A stretch of 64,000 nucleotides of DNA from Octopus bimaculoides (Eukaryota). The notes under the pieces are model-generated. The model did no database searches and was not told where the DNA came from. It was given only the letters and a program-made list of their open reading frames with translations. A program made the translations under genes and the position numbers. Every line of letters begins with the position of its first letter. Position 1 is the stretch's first letter. Location of the stretch: the NCBI RefSeq assembly GCF_001194135.2, contig NC_068984.1:126204706-126268705 (forward strand). Direction: 5' to 3'. This document shows, in pieces, positions 60,570 to 64,000 of the stretch.

Positions 60570-61530
60570 GAGATCAAGAAGAAAAAAGCGAGTCATCTGT
60601 TCTACATGGATGATCTGAAAATGTACTCAAAAATGACAAACAACAAGAAGGTTTACTTGCTACAGTTAAAAAGTTCAGTGATGATATCAGGATGCAGTTT
60701 GGACTGGAGAAATGCGTGAAAGCCACTTTCATAAGAGGCAAACTGGCATGTTCTGCGGATATCCACGTAGATACAGAAGCAAGAATCCGAGCACTGGACC
60801 AGGAAGAAGCATATAAATACCTTGGCATAGACGAAAGTAACAGCATAAAACATTCAGCAATGAAAGAGAAGATTAGAAAAGAGTACTACAGGAGAGTACA
60901 GTTAGTAACAAAGACTGAATTCAATGCTGCAAACAAAAGAGAAGCCATTAACACTCTTGCAGTACCAATCGTAGCTTACAGTTTCAACATAATCAACTGG
61001 CAAATGAGCGAAATAAAGAAGCTAGACTCCAAGACCAGAAAACTACTAACCATGGCTCAAATGAACCACCCAAAAACGGACGTGAACAGGATTTATTTAC
61101 CGAGAAGCATGGGAGGAAGAGGACTAACTCAATTGGAATTATCTTACAAAACTACCACTGTAGGATTAAATACATATCTTGAGCTGTCAAAAGATCCTCT
61201 AATGAAGCTTGTGCACCAGCATGATAAAGTAAAGAAGCTATACTTGGTATACAAAGGATCTGTACAGTTTAAGAAACAACTGATGACAGAGGAATCTAGG
61301 ATGAAGGCAAGTGAGAAAGTTACCCAGTTTGCTAAAAGAGTTAAGGAAGAGATGAAAAAAACAAGCCCAGAAGAAGAGCAAAGAAGAATGGCTAGAAAAA
61401 CTGATACATGGCCAATACCCATGTAGAGTGAACAAACCAGACGTAGAAAAACGAGACACTCATGTATGGATGAAGAGCTCAGGACTGAAGGCTGAAACCA
61501 AAGGTTTTATCATAGCAGCACAAGATCAAA
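60570..61530 (+). mobile_element. R4/Dong-clade-like non-LTR retrotransposon fragment (RT C-terminal half and thumb)
   Basis: Reads HLFYMDDLKMY, FSDDIRMQFGLEKC, YKYLG, EYYRR, NKREAINTLAVP, LDSKTRKLLT, HPKTDVNRIYLPRSMGGRGL and ends near GFIIAAQDQ. Frameshifted and truncated at both ends. Clade assignment is from recalled motifs. Confidence 0.8.
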
Positions 61531-62694
61531 GAATAAAAGAAATGTGAAGAGAAAAACAGTAAGAGGTCTACCTATGCATGCTGATCAACATACTGTGAAC
61601 AGTTGCTCTTTGACCATGAGATCAGTTGATCCAAAGAGAAAGAGAAAGTTTGCCCATTAGCCAGACACTGGATGACTAATAGAGAATTAGAGCATTTACC
61701 CACTTAATTAGATTGGTTGAGAACAATAGGATTTTATTTCTATATCAGCTTTGATTGATAAATGTCTTGAAAAAGATTTAAGAGATCAGTTCATTCTCAT
61801 TAATCTCTCAGTATAGAAAGGCTAAAACAAAGGGCCAAGGACTTGTTTGATGATGTGAAAAAATATTGATTCACTTTTGAACCTTAACCTAGGTATTCTG
61901 TAGTTGTCTATTACACTCTACCAAACTGGTATCAAGTGTTCTCATCTCTTATACTCACAGATGCATGTGCTGCCTTATCGAAACCAAGCCTCTATATGTA
62001 GTATAACAAGAAACTATTACTTTGGATAGGAATATATGTGTGTGCATTATATTGGAGAGCTCTTTGTATTATAAGTACAGCCATTCATAAATGTACCTAA
62101 ATTACCTAGATTATTCAATCAAGAACATTCCAATGTAACCAAATGTATATAATACTAGACAACAACCAAATAAGACAGAAGATCTATCAAGTTTATGTAA
62201 GGAAAAGTGCTGCCATTATTGAGACTAGTGCAGACAAACATGTTATTGGAATGCAAACCTTCCCTCCATGCATCAAGGATGTAGAAAGCTTTGGATCAGA
62301 AATCCCAGATATAATACCCAGCCATAGATTCTGTAAGCCTTCACACCCTTTACAATGTAAACTTTACACAGACATGAATTTCTTAAAAAAAATTAAATAA
62401 AGCATTAGTATTTTATGGCAAAGCAAAAAAACTTATACAAAGATATAAGATATATAAGCAATTACTAAACAATAGGACTGGTGTCTTTTTTTTGTTGTTG
62501 TTGAATTGATGTGTTTTTATCTTTGTTCCTCCTTTTCTCCCAGTTTGGGATTTGTATTTTCAATGTGGTTTTGTATTATATACAACTGTGTTATATTCCA
62601 GTAAAAGTTACAGCTACAACAAAACTTTGTTCACCTGCTTTTCAATGCTCACAATAACCTTGTCACTATGAGATTTCTCTCTCTCTCTCTCTCC

Positions 62695-62728
<34 letters not shown>

Positions 62729-64000
62729 TACACAAAGTACTAAACAATACTATAACTCAAAATTATATGAGGTCAAAGTCAAAGGCATCAAGAATGATCT
62801 GGGAAGCAAAGGCATTAGCTGATAGACTTAAAAACCACAACAGTCTAAAAGTATTAGCTATAAATGTCATTAATATAAGGATGACTTTGGATCCAACATG
62901 AAGTGCAGGTTTAGGAATCATCCCAGCTAAATCTGAATTAGGGTTAATTAGCAAAAAACTATTCAGTAAGTTCAGTCAAAATGTTAGGACAGACATGAAT
63001 TTTCAGCTGTGAGGCCTGGTGAGAGAAAGTATAGATGATGAGAAAATGAGGGCTGGAAGAGTTGTGAATGCTTGAGTGGAAATGGACTGAGACTAGCCAT
63101 CTCCAAGGAACTGAAACCAGTTTCTACTGGGAAGGCAGAGAGAAGATATAATATATTATAGGAAAGTTGGTTATACATCATTAGATGTATACCTGACTTT
63201 CCTATATAAAATTAGAAATTAAACGGAACGCTGAACTCCAGACTATCAACTTAAACAACATTTATTCAGGTGGTAAATATATACATCTTTAGCTCTTGTT
63301 GTTACAGCTTCTATGTGTGTGAGTATAGTTGTTGGGACGTTGTTATGTAGATGTGAGCGAGCTGTCGAGTGTAAGTCCGAAAGATGGAGAGTGACAGCTA
63401 TACACGTAAAGAGACTGTCTCCAGGTTGGAATGTCAGAGACACTGCTTGACACGTCCATTCTCTATTGCTGGCCAGCAAGAAAGAGAATGAATTGAGCGG
63501 GAACGCTTGGTTGTTTAATTCTACGCATGCGCACGGCGTTACTACAATATCTTTGGGTCAGAGGCTGGAATGTGATGATGAGTAATATCCTGTCAATCAG
63601 GATGTTTGTGTTAGTAGCTGCTGCACCATCACAGATGTGGAAACAGTACTCCATACTGGATTTCACCCGAGTTTTGCATTAAATGAGTAGTTGGGGGTCC
63701 GAAATATTTTCTAGTTCTCAGAATGATGGTCTGTCTTCCTTTGAAGACGATGGCTTACTCGAGATCGTGTGTATCAACAGGGCAGGCAAAACTGTATCTT
63801 AAGGATGCAATTTTGGGGCGATCTTTCGGTACCAGGCCAAAATATCGGCCTTTTCCGTAAAAAATGTCTTCGGTGATCTTTACCAAAGATCGGCCTTTTC
63901 CGTAACACCCGCACGATCTTCACTAGGGTTAGTGTTTAGGGTTAGGATTAAGAGAGATAGATAGTGGTAAGCAGCAAACAACAAGCAAAAACAAAAAAAA

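Overview
AT-rich, repeat-dense, intron-rich animal genomic DNA with four N gaps. The repeat landscape suggests an octopus or other coleoid cephalopod (inference). Two convergent protein-coding genes can be rebuilt exon by exon, with GT-AG introns and consistent phases. (1) On the + strand is the 3' part of a MAN1/LEMD3-like inner nuclear membrane gene: 12 coding exons at 12858-34592 encoding the luminal region, second TM helix, winged-helix/MSC domain and C-terminal UHM/RRM. Its LEM-domain 5' exons were not found. (2) On the - strand is a complete pyruvate dehydrogenase E1 beta gene (PDHB): 12 coding exons at 58654-43928, 361 aa. The rest is transposon debris: RTE, Penelope-like, R4/Dong-like and CR1-like retroelements, Tc1 and mariner remnants, TTAA- and TA-type MITEs, at least three SINE families, and mini/microsatellites. 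No rRNA, genuine tRNA or CRISPR array is supported, and I cannot claim a new multi-gene system. The best leads are a hammerhead-like motif inside an insertion flanked by an exact ~72-bp direct repeat, a PDHB exon that starts with a perfect CAG|GTAAGT recursive-type site, a head-to-head tRNA-like palindrome beside a CCAAT hairpin, and the link between an RTE ORF and the abundant (GAT)n-tailed repeat. Gene and family names come from recalled motifs; no database search was run.
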